64,000 bases of DNA from Johnsonella sp. (lineage in GTDB: Bacteria; Bacillota; Clostridia; Lachnospirales; Lachnospiraceae): NCBI GenBank assembly GCA_030529445.1, contig JAUMWW010000002.1, positions 54,595-118,594 of the forward strand, read 5' to 3'. Below the pieces are notes generated by a model. It made no database searches and was not told where the DNA came from. It saw only the letters and a list, made by a program, of their open reading frames with translations. Each line of letters begins with the position of its first letter. Position 1 is the stretch's first letter. This document shows, one piece after another, positions 31,052 through 39,269 of this stretch. The position numbers and the translations under genes were made by a program.

Positions 31052-31816
31052 CTAGACGATCGGCACACAGACCTGCATGCCGTCTATCTCTTTGATATCT
31101 ATCTCTATCTTATAAATATTTTCGAGTGTCTCTATCGTAACCGCATCCCTGGTATCCCCATAGCGCAAAACCTTTCCGTCCTTTAGGATCAGCGCCTTCT
31201 CGCTGAATAATAAGGAGTGCTGAGGATTGTGATTTGAGAGAATCACAATATATCCCTCCCGGGAAAGCTGCCTGATCTTTTTCATCACCCTGATTTGATT
31301 CCCGTAATCGAGATTGGAAGTCGGCTCATCCATGATCAGTATTTTGGCATCCTGAAGCATGGCTCTTGCAATCAATACAAGCTGCCGCTCTCCCCCGCTG
31401 ATATCCAAATAGCCCCGATCCGCAAGATCGCATATGCCCAGATACTCAAGAATATCGGCAGCCTTGGCAAAATCTTCCTTCTTCGGTGAGGAAAATATAT
31501 TGATCCTGCTTGCGGAACCCATGATCACGACATCCATCACTCTGTAATTAAAGTGCGGAATATGAACCTGCGGGATATAAGCTATTCTTTTTGATATTTC
31601 CTTTGCCGAAAGCTGCGAGATTTCGGTCTGATCCAAATAGACGGCACCTGTTTTCGGCTTCAATACTCCAAGCATACATTTGAAAAGCGTGGATTTTCCC
31701 GCCCCGTTTTTCCCCAATACGCAGAGCAGGGTATCCTTTTCGACCCTGAAACTGATCCGGTCGAGGATGAGCTTTTCTTTATACGCAAAGCTTAAGTTTT
31801 CAACCCTGATATCCAT
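31052..31816 (-). CDS. ABC transporter ATP-binding protein (FepC/FecE/BtuD type)
   Basis: Walker A GKNGAGKSTLFK, signature ISGGERQL, Walker B ILIMDEPTS. Confidence 0.9.
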   Translation of the reverse strand: MDIRVENLSFAYKEKLILDRISFRVEKDTLLCVLGKNGAGKSTLFKCMLGVLKPKTGAVYLDQTEISQLSAKEISKRIAYIPQVHIPHFNYRVMDVVIMGSASRINIFSSPKKEDFAKAADILEYLGICDLADRGYLDISGGERQLVLIARAMLQDAKILIMDEPTSNLDYGNQIRVMKKIRQLSREGYIVILSNHNPQHSLLFSEKALILKDGKVLRYGDTRDAVTIETLENIYKIEIDIKEIDGMQVCVPIV

Positions 31817-31823
31817 TCTCCTC

Positions 31824-32825
31824 CTACTTGCTTTCTCCGACTTTATAAATCAGATATAAAAACATCGGCGCACCTATCATTGAAGTGAGTATCCCCAGAG
31901 GAATCTCCGAGGTGGCAATATTCCTTGCAAAATTATCCACGAATAATAAGAAGGTCGCCCCGAGCATGCAGGATGCCAGAAGCAAATATCTGTAATCATA
32001 GCCCACCAGCATCCTTGCAAAATGAGGGATCACAAGACCTACCCACCCGATAATGCCGCTTACGCTGACGCTTGCCGAAGTCATCAGCGTTGCGCATACA
32101 ATAATGACAAGCTTGAGCAGTTTGACATTGATCCCGAGACTGAGCGCCTCCTCCTCCCCCATCGTAAGCATGTTTATCCTCCACCGGATCAAAAACAAAG
32201 GAATAAAAGCAATCAAAACGGGGAGGCTTAAGAAAAGCACATCCTCGATCTTTATTGAGGCAAGCGAGCCCATCAGCCAATAGGTTATCGCCGGCAGGGT
32301 GTTTTCGGTATCCGCAATCAATTTCAAATAGGAAATAAATGCGGAAAACAACGAGCCCACCATAATGCCGGACAATATCATGCTGAAGGTTTTTTCCGCT
32401 CTTGATCTCTCACTGATGAAATAGGCGAGACTCACCGCAAAGAGTCCCATAAAGAATGAAATTACCGTTATGTTTGCATAGCCGAGTGAAAAAAAGATTC
32501 CCAATGCCGCTCCGAATCCCGCCCCGTTCGACGCCCCCAAGACCTCGGGCGAAACCATGGGGTTTTTAAACAGTCCCTGATACACGCAGCCCGCACAGGA
32601 TAAGGCGCTCCCTATCAATGCTCCCGCGATGATCCTCGGCAATCGGATTTGAAAGATTACCGTCTGCGCATTATTATCCCATGTCTGATCCAGTCTTATC
32701 AGCCTCGATAAGAGGATTTTAATGACATCAAAAGGATGTATGCTATACCTGCCTACGGCAAAAGAAAATATGAAGGTAAGGATTAATATCAAAAACATGA
32801 CTGCAAGTTTTCTTTTTCTATTCAT
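31824..32825 (-). CDS. ABC transporter permease, FecCD/BtuC family
   Basis: About 9-10 TM segments; FecCD family conserved Gly-rich regions; 333 aa. Confidence 0.85.
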   Translation of the reverse strand: MNRKRKLAVMFLILILTFIFSFAVGRYSIHPFDVIKILLSRLIRLDQTWDNNAQTVIFQIRLPRIIAGALIGSALSCAGCVYQGLFKNPMVSPEVLGASNGAGFGAALGIFFSLGYANITVISFFMGLFAVSLAYFISERSRAEKTFSMILSGIMVGSLFSAFISYLKLIADTENTLPAITYWLMGSLASIKIEDVLFLSLPVLIAFIPLFLIRWRINMLTMGEEEALSLGINVKLLKLVIIVCATLMTSASVSVSGIIGWVGLVIPHFARMLVGYDYRYLLLASCMLGATFLLFVDNFARNIATSEIPLGILTSMIGAPMFLYLIYKVGESK

Positions 32826-33026
32826 CTTCCCTCTGAAACACGCTCCATCTTAAATGTATTGATTGAATGCAGTTTTTAAATCTCCTGTTTTTGTCAATTT
32901 TCTTCTTTGTCTTACATTAAAAATCAGTTGTTTTAATCTGTGTTTTGTTTTTATCCACAAATCTCTTTGGTCAGATTTCATATCATTGCAGCTTTTATTA
33001 TACTTCATTTATTAAATAATATCAAT

Positions 33027-33069
33027 GCCCCTCCGCCCCTGATTTTCAGAAAATCAGGGGCGGAGGGGC
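33027..33069. terminator. Perfect 17-bp GC-rich palindromic hairpin; terminator between the rSAM operon and the ABC importer operon
   Basis: gcccctccgcccctgatttt-cag-aaaatcaggggcggaggggc, 27 nt downstream of the radical SAM gene stop. It is a perfect palindrome, so it folds on either strand. Confidence 0.6.
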
Positions 33070-33095
33070 AGAAAATTACTCTCCGGATAAACCCT

Positions 33096-34073
33096 CTAAG
33101 CCGTCGTCCCTCCGCAGCTTGAACCGGCGCCTGCGGTACATGCATAGCAATGCTTTCCGGTTATGATGGTTCTGGGCTTCATCTCTTCGTTTAGGATATC
33201 GAATATGCTGAGTCTGCCCTCCGCCTTGATATCCGCCGCCTGATTGAAATCACAATCATAGATATACCCCTCCCATGAGACGGAAATCTGATTTCTGCAC
33301 ATCATATTTTCTACGGCAGCCTCATTATAGTTTAAGTAAAGCGCCTCGAGATAGGATTCCAAATTTCCGCTCTCCTTGAGGAAATCCCCGAATCTTCCGA
33401 TCGGATTATTCGTAATCGTATAAAGATCATTGAAAACGATGCCGTGCTCTTTACCAAGTCTTTCTTTATAGAGTTTTTTCATCGCCTCCTGGCAGGGCGG
33501 CATAAAGGCTCCCGCGGGATTGTATACGATATCCAGCTTAAGATTTTCATCCCTTCCGTAACCGATCTCATTGAGCAGCTTGAGCACTTTAAGCGATTTT
33601 TCAAACACCCTGTCTCCCCTCTGGATATCGGTGTTTCTTTCCGTATAAAAAGGCAATGAGCAGACAATGTTCACCTTATGCTTTTTATAAAATTCCGGGA
33701 GATGGCGGTATTTTTCTCCCAGGAGGATGACCAGATTGCTCCTGACAATCACATGCTTTGCAAGCTTTGCCGATTCACTCACGAAAAACTCGAAATTAGG
33801 GAACATCTCCGGTGCTCCCCCGGTGATATCGATGGTCTCGAAGCCGTATTTTTTTGCAGCCGAAAGACAGGCCTGCATGACCTCCATGGACATGATTTCT
33901 TTTCTCTCCGGTCCCGCCTCCAGATGGCAGTGCCTGCAGCGCAAATTACAGAGTCTTCCCAGATTAACCTGCAAACCCCCGAGTTTATTCAATGTTTTGA
34001 GCCATTCCTTATGATCCACGGTCTCGGCAAATTCCGGAATGCTTACACATTTTCCCAATTCCTCTATATTCAC
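33096..34073 (-). CDS. arsS: ArsS-family radical SAM protein with Cys-rich C-terminal domain (rSAM_SeCys/DUF3641-type); Cys rather than Sec version
   Basis: CX3CX2C cluster motif CNLRCRHC at residues 42-49. C-terminal HCYACTAGAGSSCGGTTA tail matching the CxxCTAGxGSSCGG-type signature of this family. No in-frame TGA. Confidence 0.7.
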   Translation of the reverse strand: MNIEELGKCVSIPEFAETVDHKEWLKTLNKLGGLQVNLGRLCNLRCRHCHLEAGPERKEIMSMEVMQACLSAAKKYGFETIDITGGAPEMFPNFEFFVSESAKLAKHVIVRSNLVILLGEKYRHLPEFYKKHKVNIVCSLPFYTERNTDIQRGDRVFEKSLKVLKLLNEIGYGRDENLKLDIVYNPAGAFMPPCQEAMKKLYKERLGKEHGIVFNDLYTITNNPIGRFGDFLKESGNLESYLEALYLNYNEAAVENMMCRNQISVSWEGYIYDCDFNQAADIKAEGRLSIFDILNEEMKPRTIITGKHCYACTAGAGSSCGGTTA

Positions 34074-34082
34074 AAAAACCTC

Positions 34083-34424
34083 CTATTTCATCGATAATTT
34101 ATTCGATATATTCTTGCTTTGAACGCCGAATGCCAAAGTCGCGCCCCCCTTGATCGCAGCCGCAACATGGATGGCTTCCATAATCTGATCCTGATCGCAG
34201 CCATGGGAAAGCGAAGCGTTGGTATATGCATCGATACAGTAGGGGCACTGTACCGTATGCGCCACCGCAAGCGCAATCAAGGCCTTTTCTCTCGCGGTAA
34301 GCGCTCCCTCCGCAAATACATTGGCATAGTATTCCATAAATTTATTCCAAAGCTCTCCCGCATCTTCTCCGATAATGCCCGCTCCGAATTTTTCCAAATC
34401 TTCTTTATTGAAATAACTGCTCAT
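34083..34424 (-). CDS. AhpD-like (carboxymuconolactone decarboxylase fold) CxxC protein; rSAM-associated 'peroxidase-like' partner
   Basis: MSSYFNKEDL... is about 113 aa with a VQCPYC motif on the AhpD core helix. The track ORF 34083..34499 is N-terminally over-extended; the MSSYF start overlaps the upstream gene end by about 20 nt. Confidence 0.6.
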   Translation of the reverse strand: MSSYFNKEDLEKFGAGIIGEDAGELWNKFMEYYANVFAEGALTAREKALIALAVAHTVQCPYCIDAYTNASLSHGCDQDQIMEAIHVAAAIKGGATLAFGVQSKNISNKLSMK

Positions 34425-35409
34425 TTTCCTCTCCCTCTCTTTCTGAATCTTCTCTCTCTTTCTTTGCCTCGCAGAGTGTAAATCCCTGCAAAAGAGCATC
34501 TTTGATTTCCATGCAGCAAATCCCCATTATCCTCTCCCGGTAAGAGAGGGCGGCGGGGCTTGTTTTCTCCCAATTGCTGTCAAAATGACGGAGAAACTCC
34601 CGATGCGGATAATGGATCGGAAGCGCTTCTATATAGGTTCCTTCCAGCTCGCAGCGATAGAGCGCAAGCGGATGCTTCGTCTTTCCGATTCTTGTCAGCA
34701 GGCCGAAATGCGTACCCGAAAAATTCGGCATGCCTGCGGCACCGTTATTGATCACCGCTTTCTTCTCCAGCCGCAGCGCAGCCGGAGCACAGGTATGGGT
34801 GCAGGCTATGATATCGATGCGGTTTTCTTCCATCCATTTTCCGAGCTCCTCCTGCCTTTGTCTTTCCCGGAGATTCTCCCTCGCACAGCCCCAGCCTGCC
34901 AGAGACTTCTCGTCTCCGTGCAGCAGGGCAACTCTCTTGCCCGCAGCCAGACAGCAGCAGGATTTTTTTCTCTTTCTCATCCCCTCCCCGGGATAGGAGT
35001 TCTTTTGCAGCATCTCTTTTAAGCCCTTATGGATCAGATTGGAGCGCTCCACCACTTTCTCATCCACATAGGGAGGATAGGCGCAGCCGCAGCCCGCGCC
35101 GATATCCTCTTCTCTGATCAGCTCCGCCTCTACATTGCCCAAAATCGCGCCATGCTTCTTTGCCGCATTTTCTATTTTAATAAAGTCTTGCATCTCTCTC
35201 TCGAACCAATGCAGATCTCCGTTAAAAATAATTTCTGCGCCCCCCTCTTCCTCCTCTGCCATGGCAAGGACTTTTTCCAGAGCATAGGTATTTCCGTAAA
35301 GCCCGCCTACCGCATAGAGGGTGTCGCAGGATAACTCCTCCTTTTTGTTCTTAAAATCCTCTCCCTCCAGCCCGTATCCCGAGGGACAGAACCTCCCCGC
35401 CTGCTTCAT
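34405..35409 (-). CDS. Metallophosphoesterase-family protein (TIGR04168-like, rSAM-associated)
   Basis: LYAVGGLYGN, FNGDLHWFE, VALLHGDE calcineurin-like motifs. Multiple Cys pairs (GAGCGCAYPP, SCCCLAAG). Acidic C-terminus. Confidence 0.55.
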   Translation of the reverse strand: MKQAGRFCPSGYGLEGEDFKNKKEELSCDTLYAVGGLYGNTYALEKVLAMAEEEEGGAEIIFNGDLHWFEREMQDFIKIENAAKKHGAILGNVEAELIREEDIGAGCGCAYPPYVDEKVVERSNLIHKGLKEMLQKNSYPGEGMRKRKKSCCCLAAGKRVALLHGDEKSLAGWGCARENLRERQRQEELGKWMEENRIDIIACTHTCAPAALRLEKKAVINNGAAGMPNFSGTHFGLLTRIGKTKHPLALYRCELEGTYIEALPIHYPHREFLRHFDSNWEKTSPAALSYRERIMGICCMEIKDALLQGFTLCEAKKEREDSEREGEENEQLFQ

Positions 35410-35429
35410 AAAATTTCCCTCATTTCTCC

Positions 35430-36818
35430 TTATGCCGGCTCTTTTGCTCCCGCAGGATATTTAAGCAATATGCCCGGCAGGATACAGCCCGCACTGCAAA
35501 GAAGCAGCCCGTAGAGATTCACGCCAAGCAATAATGCCTGTTTTCCCGTGCCTATCGCAAAAAAAGCGGGAACTGCGCCTAATGTCAGTGCAAAGCCCAG
35601 AATGATTCCGCACCAGAAGCTCAAATGAAATCCGAGTTTCGTCGGTCTTACGATTCCATGCAGTAAAAATACGGGAGCGAGCCCGATCACCATCGTACCG
35701 CTGATTGTCGTCGCCTTTAAGATATCCGTACCCAGAACCATAGGAATATTTCCGAGAAAAGCAAAAAGCACCATTACCGCCATTCCTAACTTTCTTCCCC
35801 TTTCTCCCAGATCCTTTTTACGCATCTGCGGCAGGTCAAATGCGACCAGCTTTGCCACGCTCGAAAAGGTGGAGTCGAGAGTGGAGCCGGCTGCGGATAC
35901 CATGACCGTGATCATCAGGAAATAGGCGAGACCTCCCATCATCTTTCCCAGCTGCGCGGGCACATTATCCGATACCTCTATGCCCTGATTCGCCGCGTAA
36001 ATGCCGATAAAGCTGAATACCAGGATGGCAAGAAAGCCCAAAATTCCCGAAATAATAAAGGATTTTAACATCACTTTCTCATCCGAAATAAATCCCCTGT
36101 CCGTGAGCACCGGATCATGAAAAGGATAGCTTAAAATCTGCAGGCAGGATACCAAAAGCATATCCACTCCGGTTTCCAGCTTCCACTCTCCCGAGCCGAG
36201 TACGGCGGAAAATGAGGTCTTGGGCATAATCAATACCAGAATCCATATTACGAAAAAGACAAAGATAATCGCCTGAATGGCATCCGTTACAATCGAGCTT
36301 CTAAGCCCTCCCTTCATCGAATATGCCAGGGTGATGACCGTAAACAAAAGAGCCGGGATCACAAAACTCTTGCTGCCGGAAGCCCCGTAATATCCTCCGA
36401 CTACGGAGGTATTGCTCCAGACCTCATTGAAGAGCCGGATTAAAATCGCCGCGGAAAAGGCAAAAGCGGCTCCGTGCCCGTAATTGGAAGTCAGAAAGCT
36501 TACCAGACCGGTCGCTCCGTATTTTTTGCGCAGCCGGTAAATCGCAAATCCTGCCAAAGGAATACAAAGCCAGTATGCCGCATACGCCACTCCGCCGACG
36601 ATTCCGTACTTTGCCCCGAGATTCGCCGCATTGGTAACCGATTTTGCAAAAATCCAGCTGATAAAGAGGCTTGCCGTAAGCATGAAAGGAGATGCCGCCC
36701 TTCCTTTGCTGTCCTCTCCTCTGAAAAATCCGCCGAGCGTAACATGGCGCGGCAAAAAAATCATCATCAGCAAGCCGTAAACCACCAAAAATCCCCAAAA
36801 AAATATTCCCGTATTCAA
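35430..36818 (-). CDS. Sodium:solute symporter (SSS) family transporter
   Basis: About 13 TM segments. SSS signature GGLRSSIVTDAIQ. Confidence 0.75.
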   Translation of the reverse strand: MNTGIFFWGFLVVYGLLMMIFLPRHVTLGGFFRGEDSKGRAASPFMLTASLFISWIFAKSVTNAANLGAKYGIVGGVAYAAYWLCIPLAGFAIYRLRKKYGATGLVSFLTSNYGHGAAFAFSAAILIRLFNEVWSNTSVVGGYYGASGSKSFVIPALLFTVITLAYSMKGGLRSSIVTDAIQAIIFVFFVIWILVLIMPKTSFSAVLGSGEWKLETGVDMLLVSCLQILSYPFHDPVLTDRGFISDEKVMLKSFIISGILGFLAILVFSFIGIYAANQGIEVSDNVPAQLGKMMGGLAYFLMITVMVSAAGSTLDSTFSSVAKLVAFDLPQMRKKDLGERGRKLGMAVMVLFAFLGNIPMVLGTDILKATTISGTMVIGLAPVFLLHGIVRPTKLGFHLSFWCGIILGFALTLGAVPAFFAIGTGKQALLLGVNLYGLLLCSAGCILPGILLKYPAGAKEPA

Positions 36819-36857
36819 TGCCGATACCCCCTTCTTTCTTTTCCTTATTTTTTGATT

Positions 36858-37328
36858 TTATATGCTCTTATCATCACTCTTTTCTTCCGCCTTTTGCTCC
36901 GCCAGAACCTGCTTAAGCAAAAGAATCACATCCTCCGTCAGCTTCGGGCAAAAATCCAGAAGCTTTCCGCTTTCCAGGGCTTTTTGCAGTTCCTCGGGCT
37001 TGGATAAATCATATTCCAAAAGATCTCTGCACATCGTAGAGCCGTATTTTTCAACAAAGAGCTTCTTGAAGGCATCCGATTTCTCTCTCATCACCGCCTT
37101 CTGTTCGCTGTCTCCCTCCTTATCATGACCGAATTTCATTCCGATAATCATTAAGGCGGCGATGACCGATCCGCAGGTCTCCCCTCTCATCATGCCTCCG
37201 CCGAAGCATGCGCCCAGCCTTCTCATCACCTCCTTATCCAGTCCGAGCTCCTGCGCGAAATTTTCCGCTACCACCTGGGAACAATCTATGCCCTGCATAA
37301 ATAGTCCCTTGATTTCCTCACTGTTCAT
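36858..37328 (-). CDS. C_GCAxxG_C_C family putative redox-active protein
   Basis: IDCSQ...GACFGGGMMRGETCG matches the C-GCAxxG-C-C Cys spacing; 156 aa. Confidence 0.7.
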   Translation of the reverse strand: MNSEEIKGLFMQGIDCSQVVAENFAQELGLDKEVMRRLGACFGGGMMRGETCGSVIAALMIIGMKFGHDKEGDSEQKAVMREKSDAFKKLFVEKYGSTMCRDLLEYDLSKPEELQKALESGKLLDFCPKLTEDVILLLKQVLAEQKAEEKSDDKSI

Positions 37329-37406
37329 CTTATTTCTCCCTCTTACCGCTTCAAAATATTGTGTTTTTATACAAAAAGTTTCAGCCTATGTATTTTATAA
37401 TAAGGT

Positions 37407-37453
37407 TAAAAAAAATGCAAGGAAGTTTCGGTCAAATACGCAAAACTTCCTTA
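37407..37453 (-). terminator. Intrinsic terminator downstream of the ABC exporter pair
   Basis: Minus-strand hairpin aaggaagttt / aaacttcctt (10 bp) followed by U8. Confidence 0.55.
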
Positions 37454-37520
37454 CATTCTCTATTTTTCTTTTTTTCATGAAGAAGAGGAAAGCGCTTGTT
37501 TATTTTAAGAGATTTTTCCC

Positions 37521-39269
37521 TCAGCCTTCTTCTCCGATTTTCCAATTCAGGCTCTCCTGCTGAATCCGATAGAGCCTTGAAAATAAGCCTTCTTTGGCAA
37601 GCAGCTCCCCGCCGCTCCCTTCTTCGATTATCCTTCCCTTATCCAAAACAATGATCCGGTCGGCATTGATGATCGTGCGCAGCCGATGCGCAATGACCAG
37701 AACGGTCTTTTTTGCCACCAGCCGATTGATTGCCTGCTGCACAAAGACTTCGCTTTCGGGATCAAGAGAGGCGGTCGCCTCATCAAGAATAACGATGGGT
37801 GCATCCTTTAATAAGGCTCTTGCGATAGAAATTCTCTGACGCTCTCCCCCCGAGAGCGTCGCTCCGTTTTCTCCGAGCAGTGTTTGATACCCGAGAGGAA
37901 GCTTCTCTATAAATGCCGCGCAGCATGCCGACTCCGCCGCCGCTCTTATCTCTTCCTTCGTGGCGTCGGGGCGCCCTATGCGGATATTTTCTTCCACCGT
38001 ATCATGAAAAAGAGTCACTTCCTGAAAGACAAAAGAAAATTTTTTCATCAGTATTTCGGGATCGATTTCCTTTATCTGTCTTCCTCCGAGGAGGATCCTT
38101 CCCTCGTTTGCATCCCAGAATCTTGCGGCAAGCTTGGAGATCGTGCTCTTTCCGCTTCCGGAGGGACCGACAAGCGCCGTAATCTTCCCTTCTTCGGCAA
38201 GGAAGCTGATCTCTTTGAGCACCCGGTCTTTTCCGTAAGCAAAGGAGACTCCCTCAAAGGATATTTCCGTCTTCTCGGGCGGCATATCCGTACTGCCTTC
38301 CATCGGGATGCTCTTCATCAGTTCTTGCAGGCGTTTCGTCGAAACCTGCAAATAGAGCATATCCGGGAGCAAGGTAAGGACGGTCAGGATAGGACCGTAT
38401 ATTCTTCCCGCAATCAGCAAAAACATGAGCAAATGCAAAAAATCAAGCTCTCCCGCCGACAATAAGCCGATGCCGACAAAGCTTACGATTCCTATACCGC
38501 ATCTGAGCAGCATGGTCGAAAGAGCCATCACGGATCCCGAAAATAATTCGATACGGATTGCCGCCTTCTTCAGCTCCATAAAGGCATCATCCAAATACCT
38601 GAACTTTTCCCCTCCCAGTCCGCACGCCCTGATTACCTTGATTCCGTCGAGGTATTCCTGCGCCTGTTTTTGCGCGTCAAGCTTTGCGGTTACATGCTGT
38701 TCAAAAAAGTATTTTTGCAGCCTGCGGCTCAGATAAAATACGAGTGCCGCTATCGGAAGCATGAGATAAAGAACAAGCGCCATCCTCCAATCAAACGCGG
38801 CAAGAGCTATGCAAACAATCGTGGAAGAGATGAGGCTGGCAAAAAGCTGAGGAACGATATTCGAAGTGCTCGTTTCGATATTGGTACAGTCCTCCATAAT
38901 ATTTGCGGAGAGCTCCGCAAGATCTCTGGCATTGAAAAAGCTCATCGGAAGCTTCCTCATCTGTTCCGCCACGCGCATGCGGTTTTTTTCCGATTGCCGA
39001 TAAGAATTGAGATAGGTTTTTAAATAATCATGTTTTGAAAGCGTAAAGATGAAAAAAAACACCAATATGCCGATACCGAATAAAATCCATATCAAAGTCC
39101 ATGAAACCTCACCTCCGGATAAGGGCTTCATCAACTCCGTAAAGAGCCGGATCGTAATCGCAAAAGGAAGCATGAGAGAAATACTCGTAAACAAACAGGC
39201 TAGGATTGCTCCCCTGAGCCCTTTCTGTGCATCTTCATCCAAAAGCAAAAGCGTTTTCAGCTTCCTCAT
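37521..39269 (-). CDS. ABC exporter half-transporter (TMD-NBD fusion), heterodimer partner B
   Basis: 6-TM N-domain. Walker A GPSGSGKST, signature LSGGERQR, Walker B IVILDEATS. The internal start MRKLKTLLL overlaps the upstream stop (ATGA). Confidence 0.85.
   Translation of the reverse strand: MRKLKTLLLLDEDAQKGLRGAILACLFTSISLMLPFAITIRLFTELMKPLSGGEVSWTLIWILFGIGILVFFFIFTLSKHDYLKTYLNSYRQSEKNRMRVAEQMRKLPMSFFNARDLAELSANIMEDCTNIETSTSNIVPQLFASLISSTIVCIALAAFDWRMALVLYLMLPIAALVFYLSRRLQKYFFEQHVTAKLDAQKQAQEYLDGIKVIRACGLGGEKFRYLDDAFMELKKAAIRIELFSGSVMALSTMLLRCGIGIVSFVGIGLLSAGELDFLHLLMFLLIAGRIYGPILTVLTLLPDMLYLQVSTKRLQELMKSIPMEGSTDMPPEKTEISFEGVSFAYGKDRVLKEISFLAEEGKITALVGPSGSGKSTISKLAARFWDANEGRILLGGRQIKEIDPEILMKKFSFVFQEVTLFHDTVEENIRIGRPDATKEEIRAAAESACCAAFIEKLPLGYQTLLGENGATLSGGERQRISIARALLKDAPIVILDEATASLDPESEVFVQQAINRLVAKKTVLVIAHRLRTIINADRIIVLDKGRIIEEGSGGELLAKEGLFSRLYRIQQESLNWKIGEEG

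Noticed and set aside
32826-33026. Possible cobalamin or metal riboswitch upstream of the ABC importer operon
   Set aside because: I searched both strands for a B12 box (GCCACTG) or other recognisable riboswitch cores and found none. The region looks like a plain AT-rich promoter.
33096-34073. Selenocysteine recoding in the ArsS-like radical SAM gene
   Set aside because: The family often has Sec in the C-terminal tail. Here the tail reads CYACTAGAGSSCGG with Cys codons and there is no in-frame TGA or downstream SECIS-like hairpin inside the ORF. This is the Cys form.
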